DNA of 55,105 nt, filler included, from Catajapyx aquilonaris (GCA_000934665.2; 3 parts of 3 records of this genome joined end to end with filler, not necessarily neighbours in it), one strand, 5' to 3'. Shown: positions 24,467 to 37,049, counted from the first letter of the whole stretch. Notes: a model not told the origin generated them from the letters alone. A program made the numbers and translations.

Positions 24467-24911
24467 CAGGGAGCATATACTACATAAGAGGCGCAAACAT
24501 TCGATTTTTACGTCTCTCTGTTTATAGGGCGTTGCCAAGGCTGGCGGCCATCTTGAAGTGTGTGGTGCGCCAACGAGGTATAAATAGGTTACAGGCAGGC
24601 CGTCAAGGTCCGCGGGGGTCCGCCATCTTTGATGGTTTTGGCTGCCATGGCAATACACGGCAATAACAATTTACTTACCCATTCCAATATCGAATTCAAA
24701 TTCGCGCGTGTTCTTGGCGTGTCGTTGCCATGGCAGCCAAAACCATCAAAGATGGCGGACCCTATTTTTGCCTGTGCCCTAGTCATACCTCGTTGGCGCA
24801 CCACACACTTCAATATGGCCGCCAGCCTTGGCAACGCCCTATAAACAGAGAGACGCGAACATCAAAGGCGCCGACAGATGTTTGCGCCTCTTATGTAGTA
24901 TATGCTCACTG
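24467..24911. mobile_element. ~445-bp palindromic MITE immediately upstream of GTSF1 B2
   Basis: GAGCATATACTACATAAGAGGCGCAAACAT..GGGCGTTGCCAAGGCTGGCGGCCAT.. is mirrored at 24785-24911. Inner pair GGTCCGCCATCTTTGATGGTTTTGGCTGCCATGGCAA and its reverse complement. Confidence 0.85.
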
Positions 24912-25489
24912 CTACACCTAACACGATAGTAAATATATTAAAATTATATATTACATAGTAACACCTTAACTTCACCCATCCGAACCGGTCTAACAGAACA
25001 CATCCGTTCCTACAGTAGGGTCCGAATAAATTGCAACTGTGACATCTCACAATGGACTAGTGCGATAAAAATGTAAGTAGTAAACTATGCAGATAAACTT
25101 GAACTCTTAAAATAGAACAATATTTATTTCTCATTTGATGACTACTTTTTTCACTATATTTTTATCATCTACGTCCTTATTCCATTTGAACTATAAATAA
25201 TTATTTAGGTCATAATTATTATGACAGCTTGATATCTGAGACGAACTATGTGCATTCAGTGGAGAGGAGTCATTTCATATCGGGCTCAGGTGCATCCTTC
25301 TGCCGGAAAATGTTGACTCCGCCTGCTTGCAATAGGTTTGGCACCACAGCACAGGTCAGAAAAACTTTCAAGAAAAAAAAATATTATGAAGGAAACTTCA
25401 TATAAAACGCAGGCTCCTGGTCAACAAAAAAACGACAGTTGTAGCAAAAAAAAACTATAGACCGGTCCAGTCATCTCTTCTTCAATCTT

Positions 25490-27082
25490 CTACTTGCCCT
25501 TCTTCTCCTTAGACACCACTGCCTTTGCGACCATATTCTTGTTGCCTGGCATGGTCGGCATCCTTGGTAGGCGAAGGTTTCCAGTCATCATCATCTTCAC
25601 GCCGGATGAAGGAGGAGGTGGACGAACCTCAACAGTATCCGAGAATCTGCGGGCATCACGTTGTATTAATTTAATGTATGTCCACCAAAAAGTCTTATGA
25701 GATGAGATGAACTTACACCAATGCAGGCTGCTGGTCCTCCAAATCGTCCCAGCACTCAGACAGCTGCAGAGGGATCTGACGATTGTCAAAAATGTCCCTC
25801 GAATCATAAGTATCATGTGTACCTGGGTGGGCTAAATGCAAAAGAACTGTGATGTTACGTGATGACGGTACACAAGTTGCATTCGTCATGTGAACCACAT
25901 GCAATCATGCGATCAACAGGGACTATACTCACCCAGGACATCTTCGATTCTGACAGGATTGGGGCAGGTCATCTTGTTGTACTTTAGGTCGGCCTTGGGA
26001 TGACCCTCATTAGACAGAGATGAGCTGAAAAGGTTGCATTGTGTAAACTACAGCTCTCTCTTGGATGGTGGTTCCATTTTGAGTCTGGGTCAACCTACCT
26101 AGTCTTCTCAGTGTAGAGCTTCGATTGCTGCGCCCTGTAGGCCTTTTTCTGACATTTTGTCAATAATTCCTGAGGAAGTCTGAAACCACAAGGCAATATA
26201 TTATTATCGTCTGTCAACAAACTTATGAGACGAACTTACGCGAGGTTAGACACTGACTGCAACTTTAGACTGGGGTCATAGGTCGATTCCTCCAAGTTGT
26301 CCCACACCTCCCCATCCTTTGTCTCGTCCAAACTGAGATTCCCCATGCATAGCGGATCCTTCGTAGCAGCAGTGTCCAGAGCGCCTGATGTATAATAGCA
26401 AATTCATAGGATGATAATGATAATCACAGTAATATTTTTTTGTGGGTAAATTGGGAGGGTTTCAAAACCTGATAGTGCAACAACGCAAAAATTATATGTA
26501 TGGACATTCACCTGGGAAGACCTTATCACTGGTACGGCGTGGGCAGGTGTCCTCGTGGCTCATCAACTCCGAAGCTGGAACGTGATGCGTTGAGTCCCAC
26601 TTACACACTTTCAGGTCGGGGTTGAGGTTCCATTTCTTGCATTTTACTAGGTGTTTGGCGAACTTACTGGCAAGGATTTTGTGACTCCGGTTGTACGGGC
26701 AGATCTTGAGCACCTCCCCTTCGGCCAGAGGGTAGGGCACAGCGACTACGTGGTCAGTTGTGTCGCTTCCGTTACACAAATGCATCGCTGCCTTGACCTG
26801 CCCAGTAATTGAACATTAATTTATTTTCAATACAGGAAGTTACTTGTATTAATTAGCGCGGGAACTGCCATGCTACTTTTCTGCAGACTTCAAACTACTC
26901 AAACCTGTATTGCAGATCTATTGAATATTTTATAATAATTATGACCTTTCTGCAATTTTTTATGGTTTTCATTATTTATTTATTTATTTATTTATTACAC
27001 CTTGCTCAGGGCTAATGGTTTTTATAATGTGTGTGTTGGAGAGGGACCAATGATTAGTTGCAGAGCATACCCTTACCTGCAT
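25490..27082 (-). CDS. GTSF1: GTSF1/Asterix-like protein, type A, copy A3 (293 aa, complete, two Trp modules)
   Basis: Exons 27082-27077, 26797-26512, 26384-26240, 26179-26099, 26024-25933, 25831-25717, 25646-25490 (882 nt, open, all GT-AG). Both CHHC fingers intact. Confidence 0.88.
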
Positions 27083-28280
27083 GTTCTTGCAGCTTGGTGG
27101 AAGATAGCAAGGTGCTTGGGGGATGTGGCTGTTGGATCCAAGAATTGCAGACATAGACCTCCGAAGCAGAATCTAAAACCAATATTTTTGTTCCTTATTG
27201 TTATGAGGTAAGTTGTTCAATACCCTGGAGAGTGGCTTACTTGGAGTTATGACTATCAGGTAGCACCCACACCTGTCAAGGCACAACTACCCTCCAATGC
27301 TAGCCATACCATAAGTGGTCAGGGAAAGGGGACAACACACCCTAAGAAGTGACTGAGTTAATTGCGACACTTTACCTTGTTGGTGAAATTAGATGTCGCG
27401 AATTAGGGAAGAGATGAGACGGCCAAATCCGGGAGGACAACTCAACGCAGCCGACCGGTTCGCTCTCTTACTTGCTTCTAACAGTTATATATTATCGCCG
27501 ATATAGTACATAACTACTACATTTCCGACACGTTGCTTTGGTACCCAGTTGCTACAACTGCCAATGTAGCCACTTGATGTTCGTAAATGTGGCGTAACAG
27601 TAATGATGATGACTTTATGCAGAGGTTTTATTTAATAGGCCAGATTATAACTGCTAGTTAAATTATTTTTATTGTGTCAGATCATCGTTGCCCTTTGTGA
27701 CGTTACCGCGGCGCCACTTCATCTCCCCGCTTGGCAGCCATTGTTGCATGAGCATGGATTGATATACGTAATATGTCCCATAATTTCAAAGGTTTTCAAG
27801 TTGAAGCAGGTGGGCCCCAGTCTCCATTCCCAAACCAAGCCAGAGGTGCCACTCAACCAATGACAATTATTTAAATGACATCTCACTCTCTTCATCGTCC
27901 ATTCAATAGATATAAAGATCTCGATCGAGAGTAGCCTATTTGTTAGCTGCTAGTGGTAGGAGGTGGGAGGGTTGGCAAATTAATATAATTGAAACAGCTT
28001 ACCTTGGTAGTATGAGGTACACAGCGATCAGAAGAGCGAATAGTGGACCAGTAGGGAGCGAATGTTAGATCATCCGATAAGATCACACAATTCATGCGAC
28101 CGATCGACATGCAGGCTAACCAATAACTGAATAACAGTTAGGCTATTTACCTGGATGCATAACAAATATTGTTGAACGAAAATTGAGAAAATTTAAAACA
28201 GGAGAACTTGATAAAAGTGCAGAAAGCACAAAAAGAAGGGTGTTCCCGTCAAAGGTGTTAAAGTGACGGGGATAGTAGGC

Positions 28281-31200
28281 CTACTGATAGCCATCAACTG
28301 ATCCAAGGATCCGCCGGTCTCGGGCAGTCTTCTTTCTCTTCTTCTTTTCCTTCGAGACCACTGCCTTGGCCACCTTATTTTTGAAGCCTGGCAGGGTCGG
28401 CATTCGAGGAAGGCGGATGCCGTTCATCATCTGCACACCAGAAGAGAAGGAAGGAGGTGGTGGTGGAGGATGACCCTCAACAGACTCGGATGACCTGAAA
28501 AGGCATTGTGTTAAGATACTGATTCCATTTTACTTCTGGGTACACCTACCTGGTCTGCTTGTACAGCGCCTCTTGCTTCTTCCTGTAGTCTCGTCGCTGC
28601 GAATTGGTAAGCTGTTGCGGAACACTGAAACCATAAGGCACAATATTATCTTCCAGCAAACACTGGCAAGCTAACTGTGAAACTTACACGAGCAACGCAG
28701 GCTGGTTTAGCAGCTTCAGATTTGGGTTGTACGTCATATCCTCCGCGTCGTCCCAGCACTCGCCTTTCTCTGGCAGATGCAAACTCATACGACGCATGTC
28801 AAAAGGGTCATTCGAAGCAGCAGTATCCTGTGCACCTTAGCCATCCAAATCCAAAATAACAGGATGGAAATACTAATTAGCAGAATAAGCTTTGAATTAA
28901 ACTGGGAGAATTCCCGAACGTGACGAGGAAACACCTGGCGACAATGCACATTAACCCCTGTAGCCCAGTCATTTTAGATTAAATTTTGGTCGAACCTTAA
29001 AAAAAATCGTGTAAAGCTGGAAATTGGTACAGAGGTACTATTCGACCCCCTGAACAAGACACTAAAAGTCCTGAGAAATCCGAAGACCGGAACATGGTTT
29101 TTAACAAGCATAAAGGTCCTAAGTGACAAAAACATCGACATTTCACTCCAGAGTGAGCAGTTTGGCTCGATATCACCCCAGAATGCTCGTAAGTAACTTG
29201 TTTTAGACGTGAGGGTGTGGGTGTAATCACAGATCCAAACTTTGGCCGGAAGAATTTAAAAAAACAGTAAGAAAAGGTAATTTTATTAAATATTACAAAT
29301 ACAGGTTATATGATTACACAGGCCAACAAAATTGAATATTTATCTTGGGTCCCTTGAAGGTTAGACCGATTTTAGGGTATATCTGGGGCGCTGATTCCAA
29401 AACTGGCATCCGTTGTGCCCCATCAGCGCTGGTTTCTGAGATATATCGTTTTAAAGATTGGACCGATTTACTTTCCGAATCAAGTGAGCCGAAATCTTTT
29501 TACATCTTCTCAGATCTTGGTGAAAATAATCACAGATGTACAGATATATGCCATAATTCGGCATATCAAATCTCACCCACATTGCGCAATACCATTTGGA
29601 GGGGAAAAAATCGAGAAACTTTGAAAATGGCCGAAAATTAGGCCTCTTTTGAAGATTTTTTTCGGTTAGTGGAATTGGTCAAAACCTAATGAACATTTAT
29701 ATCAAAAGAAAGACACACACCAGGAGAATGCGCCTTTGGAATGAGTTGCTCTCTAAAATGTAACTAGAATAATTTATTTTTACATTTCATTGGTCACTTG
29801 CACAATAATTTGTGATGTATTTGCGTTATATCAGTTGTATTTAGTGACACTAGTTGTGACCAGCACAAGGTTCACTATGTTAAGTTTTAGGCCTGACTCA
29901 TGCATGGTTCTCCAGATAATAATTAATAGATATGTTTTGCAGATATATCATTAAAAATGGTATATCTGCAAAACATATCCATTATTATCTGGAGAACCAT
30001 GCATGAGCAAAAGCCTCAAACGTAACATACTGAACCTCCTGCCAGTCACAACAAGTGTCACATAATACAACTGATGTATCGGAAATACATCACTAATTGT
30101 GCAAGTGACCAATGAAATGTAAAAATAAATTATTCTAGTTACATTTTAGAGAACAACTCATTCCAAAGGCGCATTTGTTAGAGTGATGGTAAGTATGTGA
30201 CATTTACAGCTTTCCTCGCCTGCTAAACAGCAAAATTATGCAGGAACAGAGTGTGAAAATAAATGTCTGTCCTAGAAAGATGCTGTTTACTGCTTTTGTG
30301 GATCAGTGGCAATAAGCATAATTTTCAGTAATGTGAAAGACAATATTCTGCAACCTTTAAGGACTTAATATGTGTGTATCTTGCAAACTTACGTTCATCA
30401 GGTTAGCCACACACAAAGCCTGCTACTCATACTTCATCACAAGTACATTCCTCTGCTTCTGGGTGGATAATGATTGTCATCACCAGTAAGTCTCATCACT
30501 TGACTTGATTTGACTTGCTAATATTTACGATATTTACTGTCCTGAAATGGACCTCCACCCTTGACTTTTAAAAAAGGATCCCATTTTCGTCCTGCTGATA
30601 ATAATACAGTAAAACACCGAAGCAGTAGTGGTGTAGTGGATATGGTGTCCGACTGCTAATCGGGAGGTCCTGGGCGAGTACAGAAAATTTTCTAATTTCC
30701 CAGCCGAAGGGTCAAGAGTGTAGGCCACATGCCAGAAAGGCTCAATTTCCTGATCTCCGTCTACCAGACATTACCGAAAGAAGTGTTTGACTCGATTGTG
30801 ACAATTGAATCCTTGAATCTAAGAGTAGGCAAATGTCCATAACGGAGAGTTTTTTAACAATAAAACAATGAGTTACACTGTATGTGTGATAGTGAAAGTT
30901 ATTTTTAAGTTTTGAACACCTTTCGTCGCTGAATATAAAGGTAGGTTTTCTTATAGAGTTTTGTGCTTTAAAAATTCCAAACTTCTCTAACTCGAATTTT
31001 CTGTAACTTGAATTTTTTTCCTGTCCCTTGAAGATTCGACTTATAGAAGTACGCGTATCTGTATCTGTACATATGTAATTATTTCAAGATCTAAGAAGAT
31101 GTAAAAAGATTTCGGCTCACTTGATTCGGAAAGTAAACCGGTCCAAATTTTAAAACGATGTATCTCAAAAACCAGCGCTGATGGGGCACAACGGATGCCA

Positions 31201-32168
31201 GTTTTGGAATCAGCGCCACAGATATACCCTAAAATCGGTCTAACCTTCAAGGGACCCAAGATAAATATTCAATTTTGTTGGCCTGTGTAATCATATAACC
31301 TGTATTTGTAATATTTAATAAAATTACCTTTTCTTACTGTTTTTTAAATTCTTCCGGCCAAAGTTTGGATCTGTGATTACACCCACACCCTCACGTCTAA
31401 AACTAGTTACTTACGAGCATTCTGGGGTGATATCGAGCCAAACTGCTCACTCTGGAGTGCAATGTCGATGTTTTTGTCACTTAGGACCTTTATGCTTGTT
31501 AAAAACCATGTTCCGGTCTTCGGATTTCTCAGGACTTTTAGTGTCTTGTTCAGGGGGTCGAATAGTACATCTGTACCAATTTCCAGCTTTACACGATTTT
31601 TTTTTGGGTCAAAACCTAAAATGACTGGGCTACTGGAGTTAAATGGACATTCACCTGAGAAGACATGAGTGGGACGGCTTGAACAAGTGTCCTCGTGTCT
31701 CCTCAACTCCGAGGCAGGGACGTGGTGGGTCGAGTCCCACATACACACTGCCAGCCCGGAGTTTGGGTTCATCCTCTTGCATTTTACGAGATGGTTGGCG
31801 AACTTACTGGCAAGGATCTTGTGACTCCTGTTGTACGGACAGATCTTTAGCACCTCCCCTTCGGCCAGAGGGTAGGGCACAGAGACTACGTGGTCAGTTG
31901 TGTCGCTTCCGTTACACAAATGCATCGCTGCCTTGACCTGCCCAGTAATTGAACATTTATTTTTTTGCGATAACAGAAATCNATAACAGAAATCATGTGC
32001 AATTAGGCATGGTCGCGGCTATGTGAATTTCCTACACATCAATAAGCTACACACTTTGGAGACATGAAATTGACATTACTATAATTTAAATGGCATATTA
32101 GACTATTACGTATTGTTTGGAGACAGGTCAAAGGTCACATTTTAGACAGTATAGTCTACCCTTACCAT
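28281..32168 (-). CDS. GTSF1: GTSF1/Asterix-like protein, type B, copy B4 (240 aa, intact; 2.7-kb transposon in intron 2)
   Basis: Exons 32168-32166, 31937-31655, 28835-28688, 28624-28550, 28494-28281 (723 nt, open). Both CHHC fingers intact. Confidence 0.88.
28961..31632. mobile_element. Non-autonomous Academ-like DNA transposon with very long inverted arms
   Basis: Ends TAGCCCAGTCATTTTAG / CTAAAATGACTGGGCTA with 3-bp TSD CTG (28958-28960, 31633-31635). The empty site is seen in paralog B2 (AACCCCTGGAG, ~23786-23796). Outer arms ~560 bp. The Academ call rests on TAG..CTA ends plus a 3-bp TSD. Confidence 0.85.
30607..31050. mobile_element. Partial pogo-type MITE (family of 5672-6310) carrying a 5' SINE fragment
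   Basis: TA|CAGTAAAAC, then ACCGAAGCAG..GACTGCTAATCGGGAGGTCCTGGG (30616-30674). ~30745-31050 is the reverse complement of ~5680-6030. Confidence 0.75.
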
Positions 32169-32312
32169 TTCTTGCAGCTTGATATAAGGTATATCAAAGT
32201 GGTTTGGGGCTGTGGTGGATTTTTAAAAAATCAGACGTAAAGCCTTCGCACCAGGACCTGAAACCAATGTGTGTATTGTCGTGATGAAAGTTACGTTGCT
32301 GCACAACATGTA

Positions 32313-32456
32313 GGCCGGGCTGCACCGGCTCCCGAAAAGAAAAACCAGGTCAATTTGTTATTCATTGTTGACGGAATTGTTGACAACAATAAATAACTAA
32401 CTAACCTGGCTCTTCTTCGCTCAGACAAATTTTCAAGGGGCCGGTGCAACCAGGCC
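32313..32456. mobile_element. PIF/Harbinger-like MITE upstream of GTSF1 B4
   Basis: TIR GGCCGGGCTGCACCGGC / GCCGGTGCAACCAGGCC with 3-bp duplication GTA. Confidence 0.75.
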
Positions 32457-32961
32457 GTAGTCATAAATCCTCATCAACAGTACAAGGTGTATCATGGAAA
32501 GAGTTTTGACTAACATGTCCTTCGAAATTAAGTAGTGCATAAATATTAGACTAATACACATTACTGCATTAATTAACTCTTATCATTGAAATATTTTATG
32601 TCGCACAATTAAGAAAAGTGTATTACTTTTAAAGCCGTGTCTCTTCCTACAAGCAAGTAAGATAAGGTGTGGTCTTCTTGGACAACATCCTCAAGTTAAC
32701 TCAACAGCTATTTGGTATAGACACCCACAAAAGGTCTGTCATCACATGTGTATAATATCAATTTGATAACGAAATCATCTAAAGTTCTAAGGCTACTTTA
32801 GTATGAAAAAATGTTCTGTACATAAGACCAAATGTTTACATGTACCTAACGTTTATCAGGTGAAAACCATAAAAAATTAGTAAGTGACGACTTGACCTTT
32901 CTCGCAATAATATTTATCAGAATGACACTCACGATCAGTTATTATCTTGCATCTCTCTTAT

Positions 32962-32970
32962 TATAAATAG
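32962..32970 (+). promoter_or_regulatory. Candidate TATA box of the luciferase-like gene
   Basis: TATAAATAG about 30 nt upstream of an arthropod Inr-like TCAGT (32993-32997) and about 80 nt before the ATG. Confidence 0.6.
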
Positions 32971-33045
32971 GGCTCTTCAAGGAAAGTTCCAATCAGTGAT
33001 TCCAAGAGTATAACATACGAAGGAAGTGTTTCGTTAATTTCTACC

Positions 33046-36000
33046 ATGGAAATCCAGGGTCCGTATCAGGAAGTCACTCCTTCGCCTGAGATCTCAGCAT
33101 CTGAATTCGTCCTGCAAAACGTCGCCAAAGTACTCAACTCTTCTGGAGATAGGGTACTGGTGGTAAGGGTTTATCTTATTACCATAATAAATCAGTGCTA
33201 TTGAAAATGGTTTGTTTGATATTATGCAGTGAAAGATATTGCAATTTATTTGGAAAAGTGAAAATAAGTGTCTAATTCAATAACATCATTCTTTTGAATA
33301 TGCACAGTGCAACTCCTCAAAATTACCCAGTACCTATTCCACTTAAACATGCGCGATAATCATGAAAAGAACAGGGCTGAAACTCCAATATTGACAAATC
33401 AGATAATGGGGTCATACAAAAGTCATGAAGGATCAGCACGTCTTTGACTCAATACCCAGAGAGCCCTGTTGTTTACATACACTCAACAAATAAGACAGTG
33501 TCCCTGACGTCCCTGACCTTACTCACTTTTTTCTCTGACTCAGCACCATGCTCAGCACCTACACTCCCTAATCATAAACAGATAACAAACTGTGAAGAGA
33601 AATATCGATAACATTATATTTGAAACTCAAGATGTTTTATAACAAATACATGACTTAGCATACTACTGCCACAATGATGCCATAAAATCAAATATAAATT
33701 ATCCATAATTTTCAAGGTGCAATTTAATAATTTGTGCACTTTGCTTCGATGCTTTACAGAGAGACCTTTGCACTGGAGACACACTTCGATACTCTGAAGT
33801 TGAGCCACTGTCCAGGAGAGTTGGAAGTGCTTTGACCAAAAGAGGATTCAAAGCACATGACACACTGATTTATGTCACTAACAACTGCTGCCAAACATAC
33901 GCAATATTGTTCGGGGTATGGAGACTCAACGGAATCGTACGACCTTCGTACCCAGAAGACACCCAAGGTAATGTTCATATGTTCATGTCTGCAAACACAT
34001 TACGACCAATCATTTCAGAGACTCTGAAGCAGCGAATGACCGAGTCTGAGTGTCGATTCGTCCTTTGCGAGGCCTCCACTGCTCCTTCTGTCCTGTCCGT
34101 CTGTGGTCAGCTGGACTGGACAGTGCATGTCTTCTGTTTCGACGAGGTGAAGAACTGTCTGCACGTCGATGTTCTTTTTCAGGATGACGGAGCAGGTGCT
34201 TACCGTTGGAATAATTTCATATGTTGTAATGCATGAGTATCAAATATTATTAAACAACCTCTCCTTCCAGCCCTTCCCGAGAAGGTAACTTACAATCAAG
34301 ACGATATTGTTGCCGTGTTGTGTACCGGCGGAACCACAGGACCGAGCAAAGGGGCTGTGTTCACACACCGACGGTTCATGGCTTGCATGGCATTAGACCT
34401 ATGGACGTAAGTGGTGTACTCAATGATCCAGCGATTATGAATAACCCCACTTTGCTTGACAGATACACGAAGATATCAAATGGAAAAATCATGTCCACAA
34501 TCCGAGTCTTTCACATGAATGGGACAATCTTGATTCCTGAAATGTCAGCAAGAGGTGCTGAGGTCCTCCTGATGTCAGACAATGATCCTGAGGCATTTCT
34601 TCGAGGCATACACGAGCATCGAGTAAGTTCATCAGCAAAATTCCACAACTCAGAGGACTTAATTTGAATTTGGATTATTTTTGTACATTTTTTGTTTCAA
34701 TTACGACCAACATTCTGATTCTAAGTAACTGACGATGTACTTTATTCTTGACGTTTCTTTGCCGTAGCCAAGCTTTTTATGTGGTTTCCCCACCTCCATT
34801 CTGTTGGCTTCATCCTACCCATCTGCAAAAGGATATGACTTGACCTCTATCAGGACCGTTGGAATGGGAGGGGCCGCAGTCACAGAGGCCATCATGGACA
34901 CTGTGAGGTCAGCATTTCCACGATTGAAGACAATACACAGGGTAGGCCAACAATAAAGAAACAATATTATTTCCGCATGCATTTGTCACATAATGACTGT
35001 ATTAATATTGTTTGAGTCCAGCACTAGTAAGGATGATTGGTAAATGTGTTTACAGGCCTATGGTCTCACTGAAGCTTTTATTGCATGTTGCACCCAGGAT
35101 TTGGGGGTGAAAACTAATGACAACCAAGAGACACCCGAATTTCCAGGTATGTTTGCGCCTTTTCGGTTAATCAATCCCACAATTAAAATATGAAATGTTT
35201 CCTATTTCAGACACTCCTAAAAAGAGCTGCGGGAAATTGTTACCCGGATTTAGGCTGAAGGTATGTCTATAGAGTACCTATAGATCAAAGGAAAATTGCT
35301 TTAAAATGAGTGGATCCTTTTACAATTCATATTCCTGCAGATAGCTGACGTCAACACCGGGGAAATTTTGGGAGCCAACGAGCCAGGCGAATTGTTGCTG
35401 AAAGGACCAACAGTTATGACATATTATTACAAAAACTCAGAGGTATAATTCGTAATAAAATGTCATAATCTAGTACATTCGTCCCATGTTTCCTATTTCA
35501 GGCCACAGCTAACACTATTCGAGATGGTTGGCTCCATACCGGTGATTATGGCTATTACGATGAAAATGGATTTGTTTATGTCTTGGATCGAATCAAAGAG
35601 AGTTTCAAATATTGGAATTACCATGTAGGTACAGCCCTTCGACATAACTTTCAATCACAGCTTCGAATGTAACGATGGCTTTCATGTCTTCAGATATCTC
35701 CAGTTGAATTGGAGGACGTGATAATGAAGCACCCGGAAGTGATCGAGGCCTGCGTGATCGGGATACCAGACCCCGAAGGTGGTGACAGCATACCAAGAGC
35801 ATATGTCACCAAAGTGAAAGGGTCACACATGGACGAAGACACTCTGAAACACTACTTCCATAGTAATTTTCACATGAGCACATGCTTTTGATTATTCCGT
35901 CCATAACTCATGGACAAAATAATGCTTGTAACATTATTTTCAGGTCAGGTGGCATCCTACAAGCAACTGAGAGGAGGAGTGGTCTTCCTTGACAGCATCC

Positions 36001-36068
36001 CCAAAACACAGGCTGGGAAGATGTCACGTCCGATGATCCGAAAGATGTTCCAGGATGGACTTCTGTAG
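33046..36068 (+). CDS. Firefly-luciferase-like / 4-coumarate-CoA-ligase-like adenylate-forming enzyme (ANL superfamily), 543 aa
   Basis: Exons 33046-33162, 33760-33967, 34019-34195, 34271-34406, 34463-34622, 34768-34941, 35056-35146, 35211-35260, 35341-35442, 35502-35624, 35694-35862, 35944-36068 (1632 nt, open). Motifs [64 protein letters not shown]. Confidence 0.92.
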
Positions 36069-36653
36069 ACGATGGCTGCAGTTGGTGCCAAAGAAGATGG
36101 ACAGCTATCGCATAATGACTTGCGACGGGCCACATTGGAAACACGGCTCGCTTCAAAATGCACTTCTGCATGGAGTAATGCAAATTGACAATGTAGCTAA
36201 TAATAAATAACTAATAAAAGATTAATGTCGAATGGTCTTTCATGCATTTCCCCATCTCATGCGAAAAGTATTGTTCATGCTCCATTTTTAATAATGTCAT
36301 TATAGGTTTCCTGGCATGTCACATGAGACACTTGGAATTGGTGTATGGCTCTCTGATCATGGCATATACACTTTTTGCAGCAATCTGATTGTAATTAAAT
36401 TCTGCAACACTCCCTCAAACACTTATTGTGTAAAATCAATTAAACAAGAAGTACACTATATGGAATATCCGGGCTACTGAAACCAATATTGTCGATTACT
36501 ACAAAAGGTCCACTCTTGCATCACTGTTGCGTTGTCCCAAACACTCCATGTTGTAACAGTTCCCATTGTTGAAGCAAAACCTGTGTGCGATAACAATATT
36601 CGCAAATTAAAGAGAGCGTGAAGTTTGTCTATTGCGCAATTATTATTTTCAGA

Positions 36654-36753
36654 NNNNNNNNNNNNNNNNNNNNNNNNNNNNNNNNNNNNNNNNNNNNTTA
36701 ATTAATTAANNNNNNNNNNNNNNNNNNNNNNNNNNNNNNNNNNNNNNNNNNNN
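36654..36753. other. Assembly gap with artificial six-frame stop linker
   Basis: N-run with central TTAATTAATTAA. Confidence 0.95.
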
Positions 36754-37049
36754 AAATGACTCTTATTCCCCGGAGTGACTATTTCCTTGCCCAAATCCAG
36801 CCCAATTCGGCCACCCATTTTCCTGGCTCTTATTCATTAGCCAATAATAATTTGTATTTACTTCAATACTACCCAGCCGAAAGTACAGTTATGCAAATTT
36901 GAGGGAAATGTGTGTGAAAAAGGTTTGTTATGTGACTGGACGGGCAATCGTGCAAATCGTGAATTATTAATTATATGCTTAATTAAATTGACCTCTAAAA
37001 TCATGTTCCCACACAAAATTATGCAGCATTGGAAAGCGGCCTACTGTCG

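Noticed and set aside
31407..31925. 172-aa ORF suggesting a GTSF1-transposon fusion protein
   Set aside because: The ORF simply reads through the conserved exon-2 donor (after 31655) into the intronic transposon. Normal downstream exons exist at 28835-28281.
33046..36068. Calling the ANL enzyme a true luciferase or part of a bioluminescence system
   Set aside because: Family membership alone does not imply light emission. Pocket motifs differ from beetle luciferases, and no luciferin-pathway genes are adjacent.
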